Shown here: one piece after another, positions 28,688 through 39,360 of the stretch
Layout of the letters: each line of letters starts with the position of its first letter
How positions within the stretch are numbered: position 1 is the first letter of the stretch
From: Candidatus Bathyarchaeota archaeon
GTDB taxonomy: Archaea; Thermoproteota; Bathyarchaeia; Bathyarchaeales; Bathycorpusculaceae
NCBI GenBank assembly: GCA_963739305.1
Contig: CAVTZU010000036.1
Span: 11,284-75,283, forward strand
Reading direction: 5' to 3'
DNA length: 64,000 nucleotides
Program-made: the position numbers and the translations under genes
The notes under the pieces: generated by a model
Told to the model about the DNA's origin: nothing
Seen by the model: only the letters and a program-made list of their open reading frames with translations
Database searches by the model: none

Positions 28688-29263
28688 CTAGTTTTCGCAT
28701 ACGACATGGACGAAATTCCTGAGTATGTCCTCACCATGCTCAGTGTTGTTTACTTCGGGATGAAACTGTACGCCATAGTATGGTTTCCTTAGGTGTTTCG
28801 CGGCTTGGACGCTGCAATTCTCTGATTCAGCCAAGATTGCAAAGCCCGGTGCTTCCTTTACTTCATCGTTGTGAGACTCCCAAACAAGAAACTGTGTCGG
28901 CAAACCCTTGAACAGATCATCGGCCTCAAGGACTCTTATTTTTGCGAGTCCATATTCGGGAACTTTCGAGGGTCCGGCCTTTCCTCCGCAGTTGACGGCC
29001 ATCAGCTGAAGTCCAACGCAAATTCCGAGTATCGGGCCTTTGAACTCGTTTAGGTAGTCCGTGCATTTGCCCAATTTCGGAGACTCCCAGGCTATTCTGG
29101 GTGCTCCGCCACTGAGGACCAAGCCGTCGGCGTCCATTTCACTCAAGGGTGTCGTGTTTGGAACGATCTTGGTTTCGCATTCTATTTCCCTTAAGACTCT
29201 CCAGATCCTGTGTGTCCATTGCCCGCCGTTGTCTATGACGTAGACTTTGGTCTTTCTACTCAT
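28688..29263 (-). CDS. guaAA: GMP synthase, glutaminase subunit A
   Basis: DNGGQWTHRI, GICVG, SHNDEV, QFHPEV. Confidence 0.95.
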   Translation of the reverse strand: MSRKTKVYVIDNGGQWTHRIWRVLREIECETKIVPNTTPLSEMDADGLVLSGGAPRIAWESPKLGKCTDYLNEFKGPILGICVGLQLMAVNCGGKAGPSKVPEYGLAKIRVLEADDLFKGLPTQFLVWESHNDEVKEAPGFAILAESENCSVQAAKHLRKPYYGVQFHPEVNNTEHGEDILRNFVHVVCEN

Positions 29264-30209
29264 ACTCAATCGTCCCAGGTGGCTTGTTTGTCAGGTCGAA
29301 CACGACTCTGCTGACTTCATCTTTCAAAGTGTTTGTGATTCTCACAGAGATTGTTTCCAATACCGCGTGAGGAATCTTCGAGTAAGAGGCACTCATTCCA
29401 TCCAGGCTCTCAACGGCACGAACGGAAACTACGCTTCCATAAAACCTGACGTCACCATGAACCCCGACGGTTTTGCAGGGCAGGAGAACCGCGAAATATT
29501 GCCATGGACGGTTCATTTCCTTGTTTGCGACGGCTTTCTCAATCTCCTCTTCCACGATTGCGCAGGCTTCCCTCACGATTCTTGTGCTTTCGGGATCTGC
29601 TTCACCGAGAATTCTCACGGCCAATCCGGGGCCTGGAAAGGGTTGTCTCTCGTAGATATGCTTGGGCAAATCGAGTTTCTCTCCAACGATTCTCACTTCG
29701 TCCTTGTATAGATCTCTGAGGGGTTCGATGATCTCAAACTCTATTCTTTCAGGCAGGCCTCCAACGTTGTGATGGGACTTGATTTTGTCTCTGAGTCCAC
29801 CGCCACTTTCGATCCAGTCTGGGGCGATCGTGCCTTGGACGAAGAACCTCGCCTTTTCTTTTCTCGCGACTTCTTCAAAGACTCTGATGAAGAGTTCTCC
29901 GATGACTTTCCTTTTTTGTTCCGGATCATTTATCCCCCTTAACTTCTGGTAAAAACGATCTTTTGCATCGACGACAAGAACGTTCAGTCCGAGTTTCGTC
30001 AAAAGTGCTTTGTTGTTCTTAATTTCATTCTTCCTCATATAACCAGTGTCGACCAGGACGCACCGAAGGTTCTCTCCGATAGCTCTGTTGACCAGAATGG
30101 CGGTCACCGTGGAATCGACTCCGCCGGAAACCCCGATAACGGCTTTTCCGACTATTTTGCTTTTGAGTTCTTCGACGGTTTCTTGAATGAACTTCTCTGT
30201 CTTGAACAT
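29256..30209 (-). CDS. guaAB: GMP synthase, ATP pyrophosphatase subunit B
   Basis: SGGVDS, IKSHHNVGGLP, PFPGPGLA, KPPGTIE; start at ATG 30209. Confidence 0.95.
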   Translation of the reverse strand: MFKTEKFIQETVEELKSKIVGKAVIGVSGGVDSTVTAILVNRAIGENLRCVLVDTGYMRKNEIKNNKALLTKLGLNVLVVDAKDRFYQKLRGINDPEQKRKVIGELFIRVFEEVARKEKARFFVQGTIAPDWIESGGGLRDKIKSHHNVGGLPERIEFEIIEPLRDLYKDEVRIVGEKLDLPKHIYERQPFPGPGLAVRILGEADPESTRIVREACAIVEEEIEKAVANKEMNRPWQYFAVLLPCKTVGVHGDVRFYGSVVSVRAVESLDGMSASYSKIPHAVLETISVRITNTLKDEVSRVVFDLTNKPPGTIEYE

Positions 30210-30352
30210 TAGATCAACACATCCTAGGATAAACGAGCTGATATAAATGTCTTGAAAAGAGTAATTTGGAAAAATACGAACCACGAAGTCAACGTCCTGT
30301 GCCGATTGGAAAACTATAAAACGCAGGTTCCACAATTCCCTCATCTTTAGGA

Positions 30353-32065
30353 ATGGTGGATTTCGTGGAAAAGTTGAGTCATGACATTGTCATAATCGGA
30401 GCGGGGCTGGCTGGGTTACGAGCAGCAACGTCGGCAGCCGAGGTGAATCGTAAACTTGACATCGCCGTGGTTTCGAAACATCACCCCTTGCGGTCACATT
30501 CTGTGTGTGCACAAGGTGGGACTGGAGCTGTAATGAGGGAAAAGGATTCTTTTGATCTGCACGCCTACGACACGGTCAAGGGGGCCGACTTTTTAGCGGA
30601 TCAAGATGTTGTCGAATTTTTCGTGAAGCAGGCGCCCAAAGAAATTGTGCTTACCGAGCATTGGGGTTGTCCGTGGAGCAGAACGGCGGATGGAAAGATA
30701 GATCAACGAGCCTTTGGTGGTCACACGTTTCCTCGGGCTTGTTTCGCCGCGGACATGACCGGTTTCCACGAGATGCAGGCGTTGTATGGACAAGCCTCAT
30801 CGTACGACAATATAAAGTTCTATGATGAATGGTTCGTGACTTCTCTAGTAGTTGAAGACAACAGAGCAGTAGGGGTAACGGCCATAGAAATGAAAACCGG
30901 CGTGATGCACGCTTTTGGTGCAAAAGCGTTTGTGATGGCGAGTGGAGGACACGAGCGCATCTATGAGTTCACAACATTTTCCCACACCACGACAGGGGAT
31001 GGAATGGCCATGGCCTATCGAGCCGGAGTTCCGTTGGAGGATATGGAGTTCGTTCAGTTTCATCCGACGGGTCTTCTGCCGTCAGGGGTTCTGATTACCG
31101 AGGGAGCTCGGGGAGAAGGCGGATACCTGATCAACGCCAACGGCGAACGCTTCATGAAGAAGTATGCTCCAGAGAAGATGGAGCTGGCCCCTCGAGACGT
31201 CGTCTCCAGATCTGAGCAGACGGAAATTTTGGAAGGAAGGGGGCTTCAAGGACCTTACGGGCCTTATATCGCTCTGGACCTTAGGCATCTGGGCGAAGAA
31301 AAAATCAGTGAAAGGCTGCCGCTGATCCGCGATGTCGCGATAAAACTTGGCGGCGTGGATCCAGTGAAAGAACCTATTCCGATCAGGCCGGCTGCCCATT
31401 ACTCGATGGGTGGAATCCAGGCCAACATTAGAACTGAGACTCCGGTTTCCGGGTTGTTTGCGTCTGGAGAGTGTTCCTGTTTGAGCCTGCACGGTGCCAA
31501 TAGGCTTGGGACCAATTCTACCAGCGAGTGCTTGGTCTTCGGCGCCGTTTCGGGCGAGGAAGCCGCAAAGTTTGCGTCGAAAGCTGTTGCTCGCGAAGCG
31601 TCAAATGAGAGACTCGCGGCAGAGGAAAGAAGGGTTTTCAACGGTATCCTTGCTAGCGAAGGCAGCGAGAGAGTCGCGGAGATTCGGAACGTGATGAGAC
31701 ACATAATGTATGAGAAAGCATGGATCTACCGTAGAGGAGAACAGATGGAGAGCGGGTTGAAAGAGATACGACAGTTGAAGCAAAGATTCAAGAGAATCAA
31801 GGTACAGGACAAGGGAAGACCCTTTAACACTGGAATGTTGAATGCTATCCAGCTTGAGTTCATGCTGGATTTGGCTGAAGTAACGTTTGTGAGTGCGCTT
31901 CCAAGAACAGAATCGCGAGGAGCTCACTCGAGGATCGACTATCCGAAACGCGACGACCAGAGCTGGCTCAAACACACGCTTGCTTACCGCACGGATGAGG
32001 GTCCTATGCTGCGGTACATGCCTGTGACTATTACGAGGTGGCAGCCTGCCGCAAGAACGTACTAG
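30353..32065 (+). CDS. sdhA: succinate dehydrogenase/fumarate reductase flavoprotein subunit
   Basis: GAGLAG, SHSVCAQGG, QFHPTG, HYSMGG, HGANRLG, ESRGAH. Confidence 0.93.
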   Translation: MVDFVEKLSHDIVIIGAGLAGLRAATSAAEVNRKLDIAVVSKHHPLRSHSVCAQGGTGAVMREKDSFDLHAYDTVKGADFLADQDVVEFFVKQAPKEIVLTEHWGCPWSRTADGKIDQRAFGGHTFPRACFAADMTGFHEMQALYGQASSYDNIKFYDEWFVTSLVVEDNRAVGVTAIEMKTGVMHAFGAKAFVMASGGHERIYEFTTFSHTTTGDGMAMAYRAGVPLEDMEFVQFHPTGLLPSGVLITEGARGEGGYLINANGERFMKKYAPEKMELAPRDVVSRSEQTEILEGRGLQGPYGPYIALDLRHLGEEKISERLPLIRDVAIKLGGVDPVKEPIPIRPAAHYSMGGIQANIRTETPVSGLFASGECSCLSLHGANRLGTNSTSECLVFGAVSGEEAAKFASKAVAREASNERLAAEERRVFNGILASEGSERVAEIRNVMRHIMYEKAWIYRRGEQMESGLKEIRQLKQRFKRIKVQDKGRPFNTGMLNAIQLEFMLDLAEVTFVSALPRTESRGAHSRIDYPKRDDQSWLKHTLAYRTDEGPMLRYMPVTITRWQPAARTY

Positions 32066-32069
32066 GAGG

Positions 32070-33644
32070 ATGAACCAAATGACCACAGACGTTGAGAAGA
32101 CTGTAGAATTCAAGATAAGTCGCTTTGATCCCACGCAAAACAGGCGATACGACTCAACCTTCAAGGTTCCAGTTCGACGAGGAACAACCATTCTGGAAGC
32201 GTTGCTTTACGTTAAAGATAATCTTGACGAATCACTCACGTTTAGGCAATCCTGCAGGATGGGTATATGCGGAGACTGCGCCGTAAACATCAACGGAAAA
32301 CCCATGCTAGCCTGCTACACACAAGTATTGGATCTCAATGCAGACCATTTGCTCATTGAACCGCTTGCAAACGCTCCCGTCATAAAAGATCTCGTTGTAG
32401 ACATGCAGCCCTTCTTCGACACCTACAAACGGATTAAGACTCACCTGATTAAGCCAGCAGAAGAGTTGAAAAAACCAAACGAGTTCCCACAATCTCCTAG
32501 CGAGCTCAAGAAGTACTGGGATCTAACGCTCTGCATCAAATGCTCAATCTGCAACTCCTCATGTCCCGCGATAATAGATGAAAAGTTCCTCGGGCCTTCA
32601 GCTTTGACGGCAACGTACCGGTTCGTGACTGATTCGAGAGATCAAGGCGCTGAGGAACGACTGAAACCGATGGCGGACAACGTTTGGCTTTGCACTCAGT
32701 GCAGCTCGTGCACTTTATTCTGTCCTAAGAAACTCACGTGTGCCGAAGCGATAGTGGATGACCACAGTCTCATAGTTGAGACGGGTGATATTCCGCGAAC
32801 CGTTAAGGACGTGCTTGAGAGCGTTTACAAGTATCATAACCCGATGAGCACGACGCAGTTGAAGAGGATGGATTGGGCCAAAGACTTGAACGTCCAGGCT
32901 TATCCAACAGTCACAAAAGCCGATGTGCTGTTTTTCGTTTGCTGTTCAAACGTGTACGACCTGAGAAATCAAGAAGCTGCAAGAAACATGGCCGCCGTCT
33001 TCAACAGCATGGGTGTTTCCTTCGCAACCTTGGGTTCTGAAGAATGGTGCTGTGGAGATCATATGCTAAGGATGGGCGAGAAAGGGCTCTTTGAGGAACT
33101 GGCCACACACAACATTGCCATGTTCAGGAAGCTTGAAGCCGCGAAAATAGTGACACTTTCCCCGCATTGTTACAACACGTTCAAGAATGACAAGCCCTAC
33201 AAAGACGCAGGCCTCAAAGTCCAACACTACACGGAGTTCCTGGCCGAAGCATTGCAGACAGGCAAGCTCAAGCTCACGAAACCTGTGAATAAGACTGTGG
33301 CCTACCACGATCCCTGTTTCCTAGGCAAGCGCAACGATATCTTTGACGCTCCACGACGGATTCTGCGGGCAATCCCAGGGATCAAACTTGTCGAGATGAA
33401 AAGAACGGGACAAAGCAGCTTCTGCTGCGGCGGAGGCGCAGGAAGAGTGTGGACTGAGGATGCATTGCCGGAGAAGAGGCCGAGCACAAACCGGCTTCAT
33501 GAAGCTCTCGACCTCGGCGTCGACACATTAGCAGTAGCGTGTCCGTATTGCGTGACGACCCTTGAAGACGCGGTGAAGGTTCTTGACGTTGAGAACAAGA
33601 TCGTGGTAAAAGAGATCCTCGAACTTGTGAAAGAGGCAATGTAG
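32070..33644 (+). CDS. SdhB/FrdB iron-sulfur subunit fused to CCG (HdrB/HdrD-like) domains, TfrB-like
   Basis: SCRMGICGDC [2Fe-2S], two CxxCxxCxxxCP, then EWCCG, YHDPC, FCCGGG, ACPYC. Confidence 0.88.
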   Translation: MNQMTTDVEKTVEFKISRFDPTQNRRYDSTFKVPVRRGTTILEALLYVKDNLDESLTFRQSCRMGICGDCAVNINGKPMLACYTQVLDLNADHLLIEPLANAPVIKDLVVDMQPFFDTYKRIKTHLIKPAEELKKPNEFPQSPSELKKYWDLTLCIKCSICNSSCPAIIDEKFLGPSALTATYRFVTDSRDQGAEERLKPMADNVWLCTQCSSCTLFCPKKLTCAEAIVDDHSLIVETGDIPRTVKDVLESVYKYHNPMSTTQLKRMDWAKDLNVQAYPTVTKADVLFFVCCSNVYDLRNQEAARNMAAVFNSMGVSFATLGSEEWCCGDHMLRMGEKGLFEELATHNIAMFRKLEAAKIVTLSPHCYNTFKNDKPYKDAGLKVQHYTEFLAEALQTGKLKLTKPVNKTVAYHDPCFLGKRNDIFDAPRRILRAIPGIKLVEMKRTGQSSFCCGGGAGRVWTEDALPEKRPSTNRLHEALDLGVDTLAVACPYCVTTLEDAVKVLDVENKIVVKEILELVKEAM

Positions 33645-33799
33645 TAAAGTTGCATTTTCCCTGTTTTGGGACACGGAGGAGCTCGTGGCAGGTTTCTTTT
33701 GCACCGTGAGTCACCTTTCGTGTGAATCTTCGTCTGATCATAGATAAATTAATATCAATCATGCCTTTCCCTTTACGAAATGACTTCGGAGGAAACTCG

Positions 33800-35647
33800 T
33801 TGTTAGGTTATGCTGGGCGTGTTCTTCGTATCGATCTGACCTCAGGTAAGACTAGTGTTGAGCCGTTGAATGAGGAGTATGCGAAGAAGTACATTGGTGG
33901 AATAGGCCTTGGTATGCGCTTGTGGCTTGACAACTCGAAGCCTGGAGTCGACCCGTTCAGTCCGGATAACCCGCTAATTCTGGCCACGGGGCCGATTGCG
34001 GGAACGATGTGGCCAACAGGCGGAAACGGGCATGCTTTTGTTTCGAAGTCACCGGCAAGCTACGGAGTTGGCGAAGCAAAGGCTCACGGCACCTTCGGAA
34101 CTGAGTTGAAAAGAGCCGGATACGACGTGGTTATTGTCAAGGGCAAGGCTGAACGGCCCGTTTACCTCTGGATTGATGATGATTCGGTTCAGATGTTGGA
34201 TGCCTCTCGCTTGATGGGGAAGTCTCCTCAGGACACGGAGGACATGATACGGGATGAGCTTGGAGACTACTACATCCGTGTGGCTGCGATCGGAGTTGCG
34301 GGTGAGAAGCTTTCACGCATAGCTTGCATAATCAACGACAAGACTCGTGCTGCGGGAAGAACGGGGCTCGGCGCAGTGATGGGTTCCAAGAATCTTAAGG
34401 CGATAGCTGTCCGTGGAACTCGCGACATCACGGTTTCGAAACCCGAAGTCTTCATGGAGATGGTCAAGGAATTTCACGAGAGAATGAAAGGTCCTGCAGC
34501 GCAGAAGTACCGCACTTTGGGCACGGTTGAGAACGTGTTGGTGCACAATTCCTTGGCGTGCATGCCGACAAGAAACTACCGTAACGCGTCGTTTGAAGGC
34601 GCAGACAAGATAAGCGGGGAAGTGTTGAACGAGAAGTATGTTAAGAAGATAATCGGGTGCAGCTCCTGTGCGATGCGTTGCGAGCACATGTGTGTTGTTT
34701 CGGAAGGTCCGTATAAGAATACGATGACGCGCATGGAGTATGAGACTCTGTGGGCTCTGGGACCTTACTGTGGCGTTGATCGTCTTGACGCGATAATAAA
34801 GGGGATGCAGCTGTCAAACTATTATGGAATCGATGCCATTAGTGTCGGCGTTATCATAGGCTTTGCTATGGATTGTTACGAGAGAGGCATATTGACTCAG
34901 AAGGACCTTGACGGAATTGACGCGCGCTTCGGTAACCATGAAGCTATGGTTCAGCTTGTTGAAAAAATCGGCAAGCGTGAAGGCATCGGAGAAATCCTTG
35001 CCGATGGGGTCAAGGTTGCGGCAGAAAAGATCGGGAAAGGCTCCGAAAAGTTGGCGGCAGAGATCAAGGGAGTGGAAGTGACGGGTTACGACCTCAGATG
35101 TCTGAAGACAGCGGCGCTGGGTTTTGCGGTGTCATTTCGTGGCGCCGACCACAACAGGCATGGGGCTTACGCGTTTGACGTGAAAGGAAAAGTGAACCGG
35201 CTGATCGCTGAAAAAGGCAGGGGAAAACTGGTTATGGGTATGGAGGATTCTTATGCTGTTATCGATTCTTTGGTGGTCTGCAAGTTTTCAAGGGGAACTT
35301 ATTACAAGGAATTTGAGGACATGTCCAAGCTTTACAGTGTCGTCACGGGTCATGAGATGAAGCCTGATGAGCTCAGGCTTGCTGGTGAAAGGATAAACAA
35401 CATCGGCAGAGTCTTCAATATTCGAGAAGGATTAGGAAGAAAAGACGACACACTGCCCTATATGGTGATGCACAATCCGATTCCCGATGAAGGGCCTTCC
35501 AAAGGCGCGGTCTTCACTCAAGAAGAGCTAGATTTGTTGCTTGATGATTATTATGAAGCGCGCGGGTGGACGAGAGAAGGAATTCCGACTGAACAGAAGC
35601 TCAAGGAACTCGGGATGGAAGACGTGATTCCGATGGTTCAGAAGTAA
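33800..35647 (+). CDS. aor: tungsten-dependent aldehyde:ferredoxin oxidoreductase family protein
   Basis: GRTGLGAVMGSKNLKAI, CSSCAMRC, EYET, G.DAIS; TTG start after GGAGG. Confidence 0.92.
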   Translation: MLGYAGRVLRIDLTSGKTSVEPLNEEYAKKYIGGIGLGMRLWLDNSKPGVDPFSPDNPLILATGPIAGTMWPTGGNGHAFVSKSPASYGVGEAKAHGTFGTELKRAGYDVVIVKGKAERPVYLWIDDDSVQMLDASRLMGKSPQDTEDMIRDELGDYYIRVAAIGVAGEKLSRIACIINDKTRAAGRTGLGAVMGSKNLKAIAVRGTRDITVSKPEVFMEMVKEFHERMKGPAAQKYRTLGTVENVLVHNSLACMPTRNYRNASFEGADKISGEVLNEKYVKKIIGCSSCAMRCEHMCVVSEGPYKNTMTRMEYETLWALGPYCGVDRLDAIIKGMQLSNYYGIDAISVGVIIGFAMDCYERGILTQKDLDGIDARFGNHEAMVQLVEKIGKREGIGEILADGVKVAAEKIGKGSEKLAAEIKGVEVTGYDLRCLKTAALGFAVSFRGADHNRHGAYAFDVKGKVNRLIAEKGRGKLVMGMEDSYAVIDSLVVCKFSRGTYYKEFEDMSKLYSVVTGHEMKPDELRLAGERINNIGRVFNIREGLGRKDDTLPYMVMHNPIPDEGPSKGAVFTQEELDLLLDDYYEARGWTREGIPTEQKLKELGMEDVIPMVQK

Positions 35648-35661
35648 GGAGACAGAGAACT

Positions 35662-36171
35662 TTGGTAAAGATTCATGACAGAAAGTTTGTTTCAGCGGAT
35701 CCGGACAAGTGCGTAGGTTGCCAGGTGTGTGAATACATATGTTCAATGACTAATGAGAAAGCGTTTAACCCGCTTAAGTCGCGCATTCGGGTTGTCAGGA
35801 TAGATCAGCTGATAAACATGGCTGTGACGTGTCGATTGTGTGAAAACCCCGCGTGCGTTGCGGCGTGTCCAAGAAAAGCTCTGATTCAGTCAGAAGAAAC
35901 AGGACTTGTATCTCTGGAGAAAGACAAGTGCAACGGTTGCGGATGGTGCATAGAAGCCTGCGATTACGGTGCGATCATGCTTCATCCGGATAAAAAAGTA
36001 GTCTACGTTTGCGACCTGTGCAAGGAAAAGGGAGAACCGCAGTGTATCAAGTGGTGTCCTGAAGAAGCTCTGGAGCTCGTCACCAGCGACGTTCTGGCGC
36101 AGAAGGCGCGACTTACAGCTGTCAAGAAGCTGTTCCAGGAATCAGGCAAGGAAAAGACGGGGAAAGCATAG
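35662..36171 (+). CDS. 4Fe-4S ferredoxin subunit (AOR partner)
   Basis: Four Cys clusters of DmsB/CooF type. Confidence 0.9.
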   Translation: MVKIHDRKFVSADPDKCVGCQVCEYICSMTNEKAFNPLKSRIRVVRIDQLINMAVTCRLCENPACVAACPRKALIQSEETGLVSLEKDKCNGCGWCIEACDYGAIMLHPDKKVVYVCDLCKEKGEPQCIKWCPEEALELVTSDVLAQKARLTAVKKLFQESGKEKTGKA

Positions 36172-36209
36172 CTTTCTGGTTCATTGTCAGCGTTGCGTTC
36201 CCGACATTG

Positions 36210-36914
36210 CTAGCGCATCAGGTCCCGAACTAGCTTCACTACGTTTTTGATGACGTAATCGTTGATCATTTGCCCTTTCTTGCCGGTTGCTCTTGTTGGG
36301 TCGCCGATTACTCCACTCGGAAAGAGCTTCTCCGGATGAGGAGTAATTTCGAACCTCGGCATTTCTGGGTAGCTGCTTCTGCCCTTTGTCTTCACGAGGT
36401 CAGGTCTTATCGCCATGATTCTTGCGGTTTCGATTGTTCCGGCGTGTCCGTCCTTGTCGCTGAAGTGCTTACCCTTTAGTTCGTAGGCGAAGTCGTAGTC
36501 GCTGCAGACTATTATTCTCACCGTTTTCTCTGCCGGTTTGTTTTCGTTAGTCCAGATGACTTCTTGAGCTGCGAGCCTGAGTGCAGCCATGTGCGATTGG
36601 CCTGCGTGGCCGCTCATTATCAGGATTCGTTTGAACCCGTTGCGGACGAATTCTTCGAGGATGTCCTTGACGATCTTGTAGAGTGCTTGGAAGCTTATCG
36701 AGATTGTTCCTGGAAAGCCGCGTGTTGAGTTGCAGACGCCGTACCTCAAGGTTGGGGCGACGAGGCACCTGGTTTTCTTTGCAACCTCCGTTGCGACGAA
36801 TTCGGGTTGGATGCTGTCGGTCGCCAGGGGAAGGTGTTCGCCGTGTTCTTCGACGCTTCCGATTGGGAGTATGATGACCTTGTTTGTTTTGGCGGCCTTT
36901 TCTGCTTCATTCAT
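36210..36914 (-). CDS. creatininase/creatinine amidohydrolase family protein
   Basis: PIGSVEEHGEHLPLATD, SGHAG, DGHAGTIET, GVIGDP. Confidence 0.9.
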   Translation of the reverse strand: MNEAEKAAKTNKVIILPIGSVEEHGEHLPLATDSIQPEFVATEVAKKTRCLVAPTLRYGVCNSTRGFPGTISISFQALYKIVKDILEEFVRNGFKRILIMSGHAGQSHMAALRLAAQEVIWTNENKPAEKTVRIIVCSDYDFAYELKGKHFSDKDGHAGTIETARIMAIRPDLVKTKGRSSYPEMPRFEITPHPEKLFPSGVIGDPTRATGKKGQMINDYVIKNVVKLVRDLMR

Positions 36915-37185
36915 GCTCAGCTCATCGAACCAAAGGCACTCGTTTTTCTTTGACCGAGGGTCTTCGGGACTTGTTTTGTTTGTTCATTTTCATGTATTCT
37001 CCTGAGGTTTCAGTTGAGTGTTCCTACGTAATTTAGTTTATTATTTGCTCATTTGATAGTCGATGCTGTTTCTGTATATGTGTATTTGCGCTGAACTGTT
37101 GTGAAATAAGGTTTATTAAGATACCAGAGACTTCCTCCCTGAGCAACATCAAAACCACCCCATTAAGGGACTTGGAGAACAACAC

Positions 37186-39149
37186 TTGCCAGCGCACGGT
37201 GTGAACAGAAGATTCCATTCTTCAAAGAGGACATTCATGATGATTCTTCTGATCGTCCTCACCTTGACAGGCCTAATCATTTCGAGGATGACGCAGGACG
37301 TCTACGCGGCCAACCTGAACCTCGGCAACCTTCCAACGCCCTTCGTCTCGCCGAGCAAAGTGATGAACAGTTCCACGGTCGTAGCTTCGAGCGTTGGCCA
37401 CGGTCCATGCGGTGGTTGTCACACCATGGACGTCATGGGCGCCATCATGGTCGCGGCAAAATTCGGTCTCAAGAGCGGCAACGGCACGATGGAGTCGATC
37501 ATGGATGACTCGGTTTCGTCCTACAACCTCACGAGCGGAAAGTTTCAGTTCAACGACCTGACGTCAAATCTGATCGTCATCGGCGGTCCAGGTGTCAACC
37601 AGGTCACTTGGTACTACAACGGTTTGAAGTATCCAAACGGCAGTAGGGTTCTGCTGGCGTACTTCAGCAAGTTCGGGAACGGCACGGACAACATCTACGT
37701 TGCTCCAACCAATCATTACTATGCTATCCAGTACGACGGTCAAGGCAGGGTGAGCACGGACTACGGTCTGGTTGAGGTTTTGAATGATCATGGTCGCTAC
37801 GCGCTTTTGCTCGGTGGGCTCGGTGGAGGCGGGACGTGGGCTGCCTGCAAGATAATCTCTACGTATGATTCTTACACGCTCACCGGATGCGTGGCCATCG
37901 TGAGGTACAGTGACTCGAACGGTGACGGGTTCCTAGATACACTCTCAATCGTAGAGCAGGTCGGTGGGACAATAGGTTACTTCAACGTGTTCGCGCCCTT
38001 GTCGATCGGGGTGTTCTTGGCTGCGTTGGTGCCGAAGCTGAGGGTTTTGAAGGACAAGTTGACGAAGAGGCGCTTGCTGGTGATGGTCTGCTTCGTTCTG
38101 TTTGTGGTGGTTGCTTCGCAGACGACTTTGACTGTTCTCTCGGATAATCCTGGTCCGGGAAGTCGTACACTTTCAACGATCTTTCTCATCCGTTTGTCTC
38201 TGCGGGCGGGCTGCTCAATTCCACGGCTGTTGTCGCTTCTAGTGTCGGTCATGGTCCTTGTGGCGGTTGTCATACGATGGACGTTATGGGAGGCGTTATG
38301 GTTGGGGCTCAATTCGGGATGGACGCCACAGGAGGATCACTGGACGCGACTTTGGATGATTACATTACGGACTACAACCTGACCACTGCCCAGTTGACAT
38401 TCCACGCTTTAACCAACAACTTGTTGCTCATCGGTGGACCCGGCGTCAACCAGATCACTTGGTATTACAACAACTTACGGAACGGCAGCGGCGTGAGGGT
38501 TTTGCCGGTTTACTTTGACAAGTTTCCCAACGGAACCGACTATATTTACGTCGCGTCGACCGACCACTACTACACGATCGAGCGTGATGCTCAGGGTCGG
38601 GTCAGCGCTGATTACGGCATCGTTACGCTCTATTATGACTCGAGTCATGGGTGGTGGGTGGTGATCGCCGCCGGACTGGGTGGTTTCGGCACCACTGCGG
38701 CGTCAAGGCTGCTTGCGACTTACAAGGGTTGGAGCCTTTTCGGTCAGTCGATAATTGTGAAGTATGCGGATACCAACGGAGATGGGTATCTGGACACGAT
38801 AAGCGTGCCAGAGATCGTTGGAGTTGGGAAGAGTATCGATGTCTTCTGGGATGCGAATTGCATGAATCCTGTGGCTTCGATAGATTGGGGAACGCTGTCT
38901 CCTGGTGACATAGAGAACATTACTGTCTTTGTTAGGAACGAGGGAGAAAGCGGCACGGTTTTGGCGCTGAACGTGTCGGATTGGAACCCGCTTCCAGCTG
39001 CAAGCTATCTGAGTATCGGATGGAATTATTCTGGAACCGCTGTTCCGCCTGGGCAAGTCTTGCCGATCAGTCTTAGCATGGTCGTTAACGAGACGATTTC
39101 GGGGATAACGAACTTCGGAGTGAACGTGACCGTTAGCTCCGGCGGATGA
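37186..39149 (+). pseudogene. frameshifted membrane-anchored surface protein: two S-layer-like domains each with CxxCH, plus a C-terminal beta domain
   Basis: ORFs 37186-38382 and 38277-39149 join by a -1 shift near 38148-38165. Duplicated VVASSVGHGPCGGCHTMDVMG...NL..IGGPGVNQ.TWYYN...D.NGDG.LD. Could be an assembly error rather than a pseudogene. Confidence 0.7.
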
Positions 39150-39360
39150 TGAGGCTTTCGTTTTTGGTGTCCGATCTGAGAAGATAGATCGTTATTCTCA
39201 ATACATAATATTAAATGGGGAAAAAATCACTATTAATCCATCCCAGCCACGGGAAACTTTTTGGTGTCACTGAAAAATTCTTGACTATAGTGAGTCGTAA
39301 TCCATAATATTTAATACGCTTTTGGATGGAAAACGCTAGTGACCAGACTAGGCTTACGGC

